This document shows, piece after piece, positions 35,611 to 48,600 of a DNA stretch of 64,000 bases. The notes beneath the pieces were generated by a model that saw only the letters and a program-made list of their open reading frames with translations, ran no database searches and was not told the origin of the DNA. The stretch is from Antedon mediterranea (Eukaryota; Animalia; Echinodermata), in the NCBI RefSeq assembly GCF_964355755.1, contig NC_092670.1:27018795-27082794 (forward strand), written 5' to 3'. The translations under genes were made by a program, and so were the position numbers. Positions within the stretch are counted from its first letter, which is position 1. Every line of letters begins with the position of its first letter.

Positions 35611-38600
35611 TAAAAGGGTAAACAAGTGTACGTATCTAAACTAATCAGAACCAAATATTCTAAACATAAACACTGAGTGGATGATTGATCGATTAAAAAT
35701 AGAATCATTGGTATATCAAGAAACGCTGCAATTCATTGATAGGTTCTGCATGACATGGTCAGACTGATCACGAATCACACATAATACACAATATTCTTTC
35801 GACCTGACATATGATAAGGAAGATCTTACATTTAAAGTAACAACTTATTAAAAGAAAAAAAACTGAACTTTAAGAACTTCATGACAAAGCATCGCTCTAA
35901 ACCTTTGTGGATTTCTATAAAGGCAACTGTTTTGATGAAGTATATCAAAACAAAAAAACTGACAGAAAATCTGCTGACCAACCATTAGAATATGATCATA
36001 GCTCAATCGTAATATCTTCAGATATCTTGATGGATGGCATTGAAATACCCACAGATGTTCCAGAAGAAAACTTAAAAACACGATGGTCATGCACTATATG
36101 ATTCAGTAAACATAGCTGTCAAGCATTTGGTGACTATGCAAGTATTTATGCAAGTTACCTAGATATTTCGTCATTTTATTGTATTTGATCATAACATTGG
36201 AAAAAGCAGTGAAACGATTGAAACGTATAGTCCCAATGTACTAATCTGTACTATGTGTTCGGAGCCACATTCATCGGTTTGGAGGGGAACAAATATGAAA
36301 AACATTCTTCTATGTCAATCACAAAGAAGCTTATGCAATTATACATGAAAGTTGATGTATGATATGCACTTTGTAACTCCAATAGCAACCGTACTAAAGT
36401 ATGGACGATGTCTGGTATAGTGAACAATAAAGTGATTGAAAACTTATTAAGAATAATCTAATCAGCTTCCATGCCATTACAGGTTGCGCAGCACGTCATT
36501 ATTTGCTGGTTATGGGAAGAAATCCTACTGGAAATCATTCGTAACGCATCCACTCCTTGTAAATGGAATTGATTAAGATTAAGAATTTGCCTGTACAGTG
36601 TACAGTAAAGTTTAATTGCAAAATATATGGTACTCTTGAGCAACTGTATAATAACAGACTACTCTTTGGAGGGTCTTGAAATGCTACCTCCATCTAGACT
36701 CAGTGACCATATACCATTAACACTAGTGATATATTTCCCTTAAATATTAAGTATTTCACTTTACACAATAAATATTTAAGGACTGTATTTCCCTGAAATT
36801 GTTTCACTTAACATTTAAAAAGCTCACCTATGGTGAATACAGACATCTTAGAACCTAACATGCGGGCCAACTATCAAGCAGAGATCAGTATGTGGCCTAA
36901 ATGAATCGGGTCGTTTGGAAGCCCCTAACCCAGTTGTTAGTTTGGAACTTGTTATATGTGTATGTAAGAGCCAGATGAAGTTGTTAATGTTACCGAAAGC
37001 ATGCATGTGTGGTTGTGATTCAATCGTTTGCTGTACCCAGATGGTCAGTAGGCATTATATCAGTGCTGGAAAAAATACTGTACCCACCTCAGAACGTTTA
37101 CCTCTTTCCATCCCAGAAAACTCCGATATTGACATGGGCCCATTATTCCCAACCCACAAGTCCTCTGTGACCGTTTTTAAATGAAATTTAAGACATTCCA
37201 GTATGCCTCCAATTTCGGTTATTTTGATCCTCTTCATCCCTTGAACACCTTCCAGGAGTGATTCAAAAAGTTTAAAATCTTCTATACAATTCTGGTCTTT
37301 TTGACACCACACTATAACCATCAGCCCCAGCCTATCATGAAAATTATATTTATTTCAATTTTTAATACCGATAATTAACAGGTCTGTGCTTTATTTGACC
37401 TTATGACCTTGAAAATGACCTTTAAACTTGTAAGTTGAAAAATTGATGAACTTGGCCATCTACCGCAATATGTCAGTAATGATCTAATAATGGTTACATT
37501 TCTTTTAATTGGCTTATATGTTGTTGAAAACAGCTTAAACCTCTATTTTACCATATTTGACCTTATAACCTTGAAAATGACCTTTGACCTGAAATTTGAG
37601 AGCAGCATCCACCCCTATCTTTTTTGTCATCCCATAAGGGATATATTCCACATGGTTGCCTGCTATTAACAGAAAATACCCCCATGATGAAAAAGCTCAC
37701 ATTGGCCGCCCTACTATTAGGGGTATATCAGTGATGATTGTATTGATACTTATCTTTTTTCGCTACTTTTTTCGTTGCTTAAAAAAAAAATTTAGGCTAT
37801 TATTATATTTGAGGAGAATTTACGTTTCAGGGGTATGGAAGGGGAAGGATATACAGGGTCTTTTTATCCTTTGTTGGGTGGGTTTTCTTTGTTTCTCTTT
37901 TTTTATTTTATTTTATTTTTACTCTATAACAAAAAAAACCTGAACACATATGCTAATTTTAACACGAGATATGATCGAACAATTGGTAATCTGAATACAA
38001 AAGTAATACGCATTGTCACAGCACATGGCTATTTTGGACTGCGATTACATACAGATTTTACTTTACCTAATGATCTTGGAAAATGTAGTTGCCCACTGAT
38101 AATTAGTAATAAAAATTACTGGATACTTGAGGTTAATACTAATTACGACTCTTTCATTTCGGCCGGAACATGGTGTATAGACATTGTTGGGCCCCTTAAA
38201 AACTTCAGAAAAAATATTTTTAAAATAAAAGAAAATATAGGAGAGCAATCAAGTAAACTTATAATCGTCTGTAATAAAAATTTAATTAACATAAATGCAA
38301 ATTTTACGAACGTGGTAAAATACAATGCAATAGAATCGGTCCGTTACTCACCGAAGCTAAAACAATTTTTGGACTGCTATGGTTTATGGTTGTTGCACAA
38401 AACAACCATTATGACACCATATATACCCTTGCTTTATTATTTTATCTACTGTTATATATAAACAAAATAACTAAAAAAATAACAATCAAAAATTTCTAAT
38501 AATAATAATACGCTATCAATAGTTTCAATGAACTGTCGAGGTCTAGCAGAAAAATCAAAACGCAGAGATGTGTTACACTACACTATCTAAAGTCAAAAAA

Positions 38601-41090
38601 ATACAATATTATCTGCCTCCAAGATGTACACTTCTCGGCAGAAACTGAGTCACTTGTTAGATTGGAGTGGGGCCTTGATTGTTTTTTTAGTTCATATCGT
38701 AGTAATGCAAGGGGAGTCGCAATCTTTTTCAATAATAACTTTCCCTACACTGTTACAAAGCATAAAAAAGATAATGATGGAAGTATGTTAGCTTTGGAGG
38801 TAAAGGTTGATGATCTAAAACCCACATAATATCGTTTGTGGCGACTGGAACTGTATTCTGGACAAAAAATTAGACTGTAAAAATTATCTAAAACTTAATA
38901 ATCCAAAGGCAAGAGATAATAAATATTTTTAGTGAATTTAATCTTACAGATGTTTGGCGTGTTTACAACCAAGATAAACAAAAGTTTACCTGGAGACAGA
39001 ATAAATTCAATAAACAAGCCAGGCTTGATTATTTCCTAATCTCATCTGAACAAAATGCTGGATTGTAATATAAAACCAGGTTACCGAACCGATCACTCAC
39101 TCGTAGATATTAAAATGACGATGAACCAGATAAAACACGGGCCAGGATACTGGAAATTTGACAATACCTTATTAAAAAATATTCAATACGTGCAACAAGT
39201 TAAAGAAACCATAAATAGAGTCCTAAAACAATATATAGTGCAAAACGAAAAAGATAATAAAGATGCTAATAAAGCGCTGTTTAGCATCAGTGATCAACTT
39301 CTTTTAGAAATGATATTAATGGAAATTAGAGCAAAAACAATTTCTTACGGGGCTTATAAGAAAAAGATTGAAAATAAAAAAGAAAAAGAATTAGAAAGGG
39401 AAATAGAAAAAATAACACTTGATATCAATAAGGGCGACGCCACGTTAAATGATAGACTAGAACTTAAGTCCGGCGAACTTATGAGTATCAGAAAAGTGAA
39501 GATGGAAAGAAGTAATGATGAAAACTAAACTTAAATGGATCGAAGAAGGTGAAAGGCCCACCAAATTTTTTCTTAACATGGAAAAGAAAAATTTTGTTGA
39601 TAAAACTATTACTAAAATAGTAAAGGAAAGCAACAATAGTATTCTGCAAAACACAAATGAAATTCTTGTTGAGTCTAGACACTTTTATAAAAACCTTTAT
39701 TCCTCAAACCACAATACAGATGATGAAAAAATATTGTAAAACTTCTTAAAACTATGAATACATAATACCAACATTAACAAAAGAACAACAAAATAAAATT
39801 GAAGGGCCAATTACTTATAATGAACTTTTAGTGGCTCTTAAAGTCTTAAGAGGTCACAAAATGGAAAGTCACCTGGTATTGACGGCTTTAGCTATGAGTT
39901 TTTTAAGTTCTTTTTTGCGGATTTAGTTTGCTATCTTTTGAGAGCTATTAACGAGTCGTATAACTCAGGTCAACTGTCAACTTCCCAAAAGTCAGGAATA
40001 ATTACTTTACTCCCTAAGGGGGATAAACCCCGAGAGTATCTAAAAAACTGGAGACCTATTACCCTGTTAAGTGTCACTTATAAACTTGTTTCGTCATGCA
40101 TTGCAGAACGAATAAAATCGGTCCTTGATATATTAATTAGTGAACAACAGAAAGGATTTATTAATGGGAGATATATAGGCGAAAATACAAGACTTATGTA
40201 TGATATTATTCAAATTTGTGAAAAGAAGAAAATTCCTGGTCTGCTTTTACTGATAGACTTTGAAAAAACGTTCGACTGCATTTCTCACACATTTGTTAAC
40301 TGCGTTCTTAAACATTTTAACTTCGGACAATCCATTCAAAAATGGGTGAAAGTACTATATAAAGATGCAAGATTCTCAGTTCTTGTCAATGGCTTTCTCT
40401 CCGAATCATTCTTAATCGAAGGAGGATGTAGACAAGGGGATGGGTTGAGTCCATACCTGATTTCTTCTTTGCGCAGAAATTTTATCCTCAATGATATCTG
40501 AAAATAAACAAATTAAAGGAATATCAATTGCAAATCATTATCATTATCTCAGTATGCGGACGACACTGTATTGTTTCTTGACGGTAAAGAGAAGTCAATG
40601 CACGAAGCATTTAAGACTCTCGACGTATTTTTCAAAATTTTCGGGCTAAAAGTGAATGTGAACAAAACAAATGCTGTCTGGGTTGGCTCATTTAAAGACC
40701 GAGGTGACTCAATATGCGAAAACTATAATATAAAATGGATCAAACATGGAGAACCCTTTGAATCATTGGGTATTCGGTTCAGTACAAATTTAAATAATAA
40801 GTAATAACTATTTATTTGAATAAGAAAGTTTTATGTTTAATTAAATTATTTTTTAGTGGAAATATGCTAAAAAAGAAAAAATTGACAACAAATTATTTAT
40901 AGACTTTGTTTTTAAGAGAAAAGAAAAAGTAGATTTATATTTATTATATTATGAAATTATTTATATTTTGTTCTTAAGAGAAATGTATATTGTGTATTAC
41001 TATTAATAAGAAAGTGTTATTATTTTAAGCTATTTTTTAAATTGAAATATGAAAGTGTTCAATAAAACAAAAAAAAAAAAAAAAAAAAAA

Positions 41091-41262
41091 CATGGTTCTG
41101 GTGGTAGAACGAGTCTTCTCGGATAAGGACTATAAACCGTAGGTCCAGTGTACACATCTAGCTTGTGTGCACTTTAAAGAACCTAATACATCTTTCGAGA
41201 CGAGTAGGGGGTTACCCCGGTGTATTAGTACATCACAGCCACTGATCACCAACTGGGCCCTT
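41091..41262 (+). mobile_element. SINE fragment with Nin/Deu-type central domain
   Basis: GGATAAGGACTATAAACCGTAGGTCC..CACTTTAAAGAACC..GAGTAGGGGGTTACCCCGGTGT matches the Nin-domain pattern; tRNA head not seen. Confidence 0.7.
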
Positions 41263-41684
41263 TGATTGAAATATATATTTATACTGGGTAACCTCTTCAG
41301 TCAATCAATCAATCAATCATGACTATTATGTGACAATAAAAGACACATTCAAAAACAAATTTGAAATGAAAAATATTTTTCAGAGGGACATTATCCTTAA
41401 AACTATTACATCAACAAGCGAGGGGCGTTTTTTGTAAGAAATATTTCTTGTTTCATTTTAAATTACTCCAAATCACTACCTTTTAATAGCTATCATCACT
41501 AAAGTAATTGAGATATTTATATTTTGGCATGCCAGCAACATAAATTATATTTTGCATTTTAATCAAGACCTTATTCTTTCACAAGTTCCAGCATCCAGTC
41601 CAAAGCTTAATATTTATATAATATATTTTATTTTGATTTTGATTTCTGTTGTAATTGCTAATCAAATGTTATGTGTTTCCACAG

Positions 41685-41755
41685 TTCTTTCTGGTCTAAA
41701 TTCATCAATCAGTACAAAGAATGCTAAAGATAAAATTGCTGAAATAACTCAAAAG
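41685..41755 (+). CDS. PSMC3IP: HOP2 coding exon: (V)LSGLNSSISTKNAKDKIAEITQK
   Basis: tccacag acceptor, gtgtgt donor; 71 nt completes the phase-1 codon of the previous exon; aligns with HOP2 LKELSSALTT..MQKEIQEL. Confidence 0.88.
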
Positions 41756-43120
41756 GTGTGTATTCCAAACTGTTATACTTCTACTACTACTGTACTGGTA
41801 GTGTTGTTTTATATTACACTTTGTATTGTTTGAGAAATGCTCGCAAAGTACTCAATTACTGGTTGACCCCACCTTATACTACAATAATTATAATAATTGG
41901 TTATCCACACGGTTTGTATTTGTGTATGCTAGATTTGATGATGCAATATAACAGGCCTTAAAAATTGTAATCTATATATAAAATTACGCAAGGGCAAAAT
42001 TTGGTAAATCACATATGTTACTTCTAGAATGTTTACTCGATGTTATATAAAGTTGGTTCGTACTTTCGGTACTGATTTTAACCACTTGATGTAACCCTGT
42101 TTACTAATTAAATTGAGTTAGATAATTAGTTATTGACAATTAAAATGAATTTAGGTTCTACGATTTGCCACAAATATGGGTGTTTTCCGATCGTGGTATA
42201 CACTGTCTAATGGATGTCCATCTTGAAAAATACCCGCACACAATAATACAAAGATGAATCGCATTTACCTTTACCCCGATTTTCTTTCTTTCTTTAATGT
42301 ACGTTTATACAAATGTTTTACTTTATTATTGCAGTGAAACCACTCACACACCCTCCCCCTCACTGGCATGAGTAGCATTGTCAATCCAGTAGAGGATAGG
42401 CTTACAGTACGAAGGATCACATGCCTTAATCATAAATGATTATTTATGATGATTAAACTGAATTACGATTTGCCCCGAATAGAGGTGTTTTTCACAAATT
42501 GTTTTACATTATATAAACACATATACAAATAAACTTTATTACTGACAGTTGCTTCTTAACGTTTGTATTAATTAATACTGTAATTCCAAAAAAATATAAA
42601 CGTTGTAGTGATGTATCGTTACATGTACTGTACTATTTCAATCAACTATGACGGTGACAGTTTCAAGTATTAAATCGCACCTTATTTTAGTGGTATATTA
42701 TTTGTAAAACATGAAAACAATTAATATTTCGTTACTAAATGGATAAAGAATATATTTAAAAATTGTTCCTTTTTGTATCCATCCTCTTCCCCATCCTTCA
42801 ACCCTAATGTTACATACAAAACACAAATTAATTTTGAAAACAACAAACAATTCGTCGCATTTCGTGACAAGTTTCTCTTTCGGAAGTAATTCCCAAGGTG
42901 CTAATTTTAGTTGAGTAAATAAATCACTGTGTCTATTTATTCGTTCCTAAAACGACATGTATTATTGTCTTTTGGTACATACATTTGAAATCGCCAGTTT
43001 TTTAATGCTGAAATTACTATGTATTCGAGAACCATCTGTGGGCGTACCATCTAGTTATTTATAATTTAGAATACAGAAACTTTGAAATGAGCTCCAAACA
43101 TTTGTTTTTTTTTGTGACAG

Positions 43121-43249
43121 ATAAAAAGTGGGTCAGAGAAATTAGAAAAATTAAAATCAGCAGGAAATCATGTGACAGAGAAGGAGAAAGAAGTGATTTA
43201 TAAAACACATTCAGAGAATATGAAGCACTGGAGAAAAAGAAAGAGAATG
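43121..43249 (+). CDS. PSMC3IP: HOP2 coding exon: IKSGSEKLEKLKSAGNHVTEKEKEVIYKTHSENMKHWRKRKRM
   Basis: poly-T tract plus gacag acceptor, gtaaat donor; 129 nt; diagnostic NHVT.EEK and WRKRKRM motifs. Confidence 0.95.
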
Positions 43250-44916
43250 GTAAATAACAAAAATCGCTAAGTATAGGGATCTGTTGAAACTTATAAGTGT
43301 ATACAAAAAACCAAAACCAACCTTAAATTTAGCACATACAAGTGACTTACCAGCACAACTTGATAATTAGACAGCGTTTCATATGCATCAAACAGCGAGT
43401 AAAGCCTGTTTTCCAGTCGATGTTATTCAACGCTATCATTAACAATAATCAGCGATCTTCTGCATAAACAATTTTAATGATTTACAGGAAAAGGTACTTT
43501 TTTAACTAATACGACACAAAATGTCGGCAATTTACAGGAAAAGGTGTGATAATCGACATTATAGACGATACAAGTCACGACCATTGACAATAGCAAGAGT
43601 TGAATCTAGTTCAACTCTAGCGATATCGCAATGTTAAAACACAAGAACTGACCAATTTTCTTATCATATAATTAATGAAAAAAATCTTGCTGACTACAAC
43701 TATTTTTGTTGCTTCGTGGTGTGGCTATAGCCTAGGCCTACATAAGTGCAAATATGTTTATTTACGATGTTTGCCTAGAATTGGTAGGAGACTTCTGTCA
43801 AATTGTTTTGTTTTTAATTTCAATTCAATATTTTGAGATTCGATAAAAGAAGTTATTTTTTTTTGTTTCATTTTTTCATGTTACGACAACATCAAGGAAG
43901 GAGACAGAAGTTGACTAGTTGACGCAATACAGATATTATCAACTCTGTTCGTTTCTCGAACACGAGGCTTGTCGATAATTGAACATTTTTGGTGTTTATA
44001 TTGCACTAAAATTGAGGTTTTATTGTTGGAAATGCTATTAGAAGTCTATATATCATTTCGTTAACACTTTAAATTGGCAGGTCTTGGTATTTAGGAGGAC
44101 CCCAATTAGACAGGCTAGACTAACTAGCTAGGCCTGCATTGCAGAGTACTCAGTATTACACTATTATAGGCTAGGTAGGCCTCCTAGCTAGTTGATGAGG
44201 CTACTGTACACTGTTAACTAGCTTCGTTTGACTTTTACGCTTACAGGGCGAGTATCATGCCACTAGACCACAGAACCATATATGGTATTATCACAGATTT
44301 TCACCCACCAGATACATTCTCTCATACAACAGACACCCTCACAATCAGTGAAGGCGTAACTAGTCAGAATAAATTTAAACATTAATACGCAATGGTTTTA
44401 AAAAATAATATTGTGCATAGCACTGTGTAAATTAAAAATACGTAACTTTCGCCAATGAGCTATGCTCGACGCGACTATGAGATCATGTTCCGAATATGAG
44501 CACTGTTTCAATAATTTGACAGTATGATTTATATATAATTTACACATATATATATGTATAACATGATTTCATGTTGAAAAGTGAATGAAATGAAATTGCT
44601 ATTAAGAAAGGTTGTAAAACAGAAATCGGCAAAAAGAGTGCGCACTAACGTTGAACTCGTAGTGCACAGTAAAAATCTGCACACTCATGGCAATTTTTTA
44701 AACTCTTAAAATATTGACCAAAAAAAATATTGACTTTGGTTTTCAGCGCTCCTGCCTTAATCTATTGGCCACTTGTCTCAACTCAACTCATATGCACAGC
44801 AATGAAGTATGTAGAAGGTATAATCCAAATTCCCTCCCTGTTAATAATGATGATTATAATTACATTTACATTTATAACGTACTGTTTACATTTTCATTTT
44901 CTCTTTTTTATTCTAG

Positions 44917-44976
44917 ACAACAGATATAATTGATGCTATTCTGGAGGGCTATCCAAAGAATAAGAAGACTTTACAT
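44917..44976 (+). CDS. PSMC3IP: HOP2 coding exon: TTDIIDAILEGYPKNKKTLH
   Basis: ttctag acceptor, gtaagg donor; 60 nt; DAILEGYPKxKK motif. Confidence 0.95.
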
Positions 44977-45699
44977 GTAAGGATACTTTTATTTGTTAAT
45001 TCCTTTCAACTCAAGCTTACAATTAAAACATGATAATTTTGTATGTAGGTGTTTAAGAAGTTTACTTGACTTCCAGCTATTTAAGTGGTATTTAATAGAC
45101 TATTGATCCAGGTGTTTGATTGGAGTGTGTTATACTAGTAATTGTAATCCTGTGGCTGTACCAATCACTCTTAATTGTGATAAACATTTTTTTGAAGTAT
45201 TTCACTTTAAATCAATACATATTTAAGGATTTAAATAAGTTGTATTCAGTAAAGTAATGAATTTAAATGTTAGCTCCACTTTTACTATTATGAAATTGAA
45301 ACTCCATTTCCAACAGTGTTAAGACAAGTGTCGTGAAATAAACTAGCTAACAAAGGTACTGGAATTTGTTCATACAGTAATATTGTAACATACCAAAAAG
45401 TCTTGTTGAAAAGTAAATAGGGTTTGAATAATTGTGGCAACAACAGCTAGTATTTACCCTGACGTTCATCAAATTACTAATAGCATTACCTGCTTTTAGT
45501 ATAGTATTCCAATTATGTCATGTCTTTTTAAAATTTATTGTGATGAACATAATTAATCATCTTTAAAAAAAACCATTATCTATCAATTTATAAATGCAAA
45601 TCACGAGTAATTAATGCAAACGTATTATTCTTTACACTTGTAATTAATAATAATAATCGTCCTTTTTTTCCTATTTCTTTGTAACCAATCATTTTCGTT

Positions 45700-48600
45700 T
45701 TTTTTATCTATGTTATGTACTGTAATAAGTGTATTTTAGATGCCCATACCTGCTTTGCAATATGTCACAACACTGCTCTCACTATACTGTTTATCTCCTA
45801 ATCCTTACAACCCCTACTACTGTTATAAATGCTTAAGCAATGTACTTCCTTTCAACCACATCGATGACGACGAAGAATTCCAACATGAAATAAGCCAACT
45901 TAATCACGATCAATTAATTAATTTCTCCAAATTAAAACACCTACATATTAACCCATTCAAACTAAATAGAACAATTAACAACACTGACGATTATAATGAC
46001 TATTTAATCAACAACGATACCTGTGAATACTATACTTTAATGATACATTTAATACCAGATTTACCAATATAATACACATAAATTCCCGTAGCCTATAACC
46101 AAAAATATTGATTCTATAATTGACTATCTTTACACTCTTAACCAGTGAAACCTGGTTCAATATTTTAACAATGCTAACCCGCCACTTACTAACATCCAAG
46201 GATATACAATGGCCCAATCTGACCGCACAGGAAAGAAAGGCGGATGAGTTGCCTTGTACATTTCAAATGATCTAAAATTTAAGATCAGACATCTAACCAA
46301 TCATGCGAATCACTTTTTATAGAACTCGATACATCTCCAAAAAACACTATTGTAGGAATCGTTTATAGATCACCCAACAGCTAAATTCATACATTTAACA
46401 ACAACCTATCTACCTCAATTGTTTGTGGAGATTTTAATCTTGATCCACCAATGACTTTCTGAATACAATATACATTGCCTCTCTCTATATCCTCTTATTG
46501 ACAAACCTACAAGAATCACGACCAAATCATCCACCCTCATCGACAACATTTTCACTACCATAATAAAACACAACTTCACACCAGGAGTTCTTTTCACCAA
46601 CATAACTGACCAATTTCCTGTATTTCTTTTCACATCAAACGAAACCACAACCAATGCTAAAGAAAACTTCTACTCAAGAAAAATTAATCTCAAATCAATT
46701 GCGTCACTAGGAATTGATCTAATGACCACTGAATGGAATGAAATATACCAGCATAACTCAGCAAATGTGTCTTTTAATTTATTACGTTGTAGCACGTCAA
46801 ATCATGTCAGTTCAATTTAAATCGCGTCATATAAAATTAAATTGCGTCAACCTACTGTTCTTTTTAATAAACAAATAAAACGATTTTTAAACAGACTAAA
46901 GCTACTTAGTAGTTACATCAGATATTTAATTATAAATATATTGGCAGTATTTTATGATAAAATGAATAATATTTATATTAATAAATAATAAATGAAATGT
47001 TTGAATAAAAATACACAGTACAGTATACATAATATATTATATGAGTTGTTTTTGTTTGATATATTTACTTACATTGAATGTGGATTACAGTTTTAAAGAA
47101 GTACTTTAGTTCTTGATAATAGATGTTAAATAAAAGAAAACACTATGAAACAATCTTGAATTTTTTAAACATTTTTCTTGTTTCTTGTATTGGCTGACTT
47201 GACACAGAGATGCATAGATTGGTTTACGCTTATTGACATCTTTATATTTTATATTGAGGTTATTCTATATCATAGTTATAAGTTTACCAATGAAGCCATC
47301 TGAAATAACCTTTTTGTTGTTAACAATCAAAACATTATGAAAATGAAATGGTGTCTGAAGAAGGTCTACAATGTCCAAAATTACTTAATATACTATCTTT
47401 ATTAAGTAGATGTGCTTGGGACATGCCTTTGAATATCTTCTGAAACATTGGTCATTGATAGATCAATTCATGTGCTCCTGCATTGTATTGGTACTTTGCT
47501 ATTAAAGGTATTACATTTATTAATTTAAATACAGTTCAATTGCTTGTGGAGGCCATACAGGTTTTTGGTTCTGATGAAATGAATAGCTGTCTTTGAAATT
47601 AAGCCTATAAAGATAACAAAAAATGTCAAAATTCACTATAATATTAATAGTATAATTTAATTCAATATACTTTAATGATTGAATATTGTATGTTTTGTAG
47701 TTTATTTTCTTACATATGTAATTGAAACAATTAATTTACAATGCATTTCCAGTAGTCGATACTTCAGCAAAATAAAAGCTAGCCGCTAGCGTCTTAGCTA
47801 GAGTTGTATCCAACACTATATTACTGTATACTACAGTATTACTAAGTTAGCCAAAATACATGTTCTAAAATAGAGTAATTATATAATCCAATATTAAAAA
47901 TACTTAATATAGATGATATGGTAATATATTGTTTATTCAAATATTATTATTTATTCAAATATTATTAATTAAGTATTTTGTCGTGGCCAATGTAAATTTT
48001 TCCTGACAAAATTCTCTTTAATATAAAATACAAGTCATTTAATTATATCAATATTTAACCAATTTCAGTGTAGCTTGTACAAAACGAATTTTTCTTAGGG
48101 CCTAGTGAATGTGTTAAACTTACCAATGTTAACGTTGTTGTGCTGTGCCAGGGGGGGAAGTGTATTTCTATTCACCGCAACAATCAATTCAAGTGAGACG
48201 AAATCCGAATATGAAATCTTGTAGTTTAGTCTTTATATTTTTGCAGATACCATCCACAATTTGGTACAAGCAACAACCTTATTAAATCTAACATTCGTAA
48301 TGTTTAATGTGGTTCCTAAACACTGCTTTCATGGTGGAAACAATATTTTATTGGAACCCTCAGAAAAAAATGTGTGTTCCATAATGGACGCCATGTTGTC
48401 TATAGGCGCTACATCAAATCGTACATATTTGTCGCACTAAAATTAGGATAAAACTATTTTAATCTATTTTTTGCTTATTATTAATTCATTTATATATTAT
48501 TTTGATTATTCGAAGATATATATAATATCAGTAACTATTTTATTCAACTGAATAATACATTTTGAAAAGGTCATGGGTCAAAACCAGTAGAAAAAATTTA

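Larger units (their letters stand above)
24871..37716 (+). mobile_element. Academ DNA transposon with long imperfect TIRs (TAGTAGrGmGGCCAA) and TSD TTA, hosting Gypsy, SINE and LINE insertions
   Basis: 24871 to about 25050 is the inverse of about 37540-37716; TTA at 24868-24870 and 37717-37719; transposase remnant RANYQA..W..CVCK..CMC at about 36860-37015. Confidence 0.82.
24697..41090 (+). mobile_element. 5'-truncated L1/Tx1 LINE with poly(A) tail and TSD (AA)CATGGTTCTGGT, interrupted by a 12.8-kb Academ
   Basis: TSD at 24683-24696 and 41089-41102; ORF1 C-terminus FLNYPAVLRI at 24698; degenerate ORF2 at about 38500-40800 (SMNCRGL, CLQDVH, TDHS, GYWKF, NWRPITLL, GCRQGD, QYADDT); AATAAA plus A-run at 41061-41090. 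Confidence 0.88.

Noticed and set aside
37835-38461. 208-aa ORF as a novel gene
   Set aside because: No recognisable domain, low-complexity AT-rich composition, and it lies in the inter-ORF region of the TSD-defined L1
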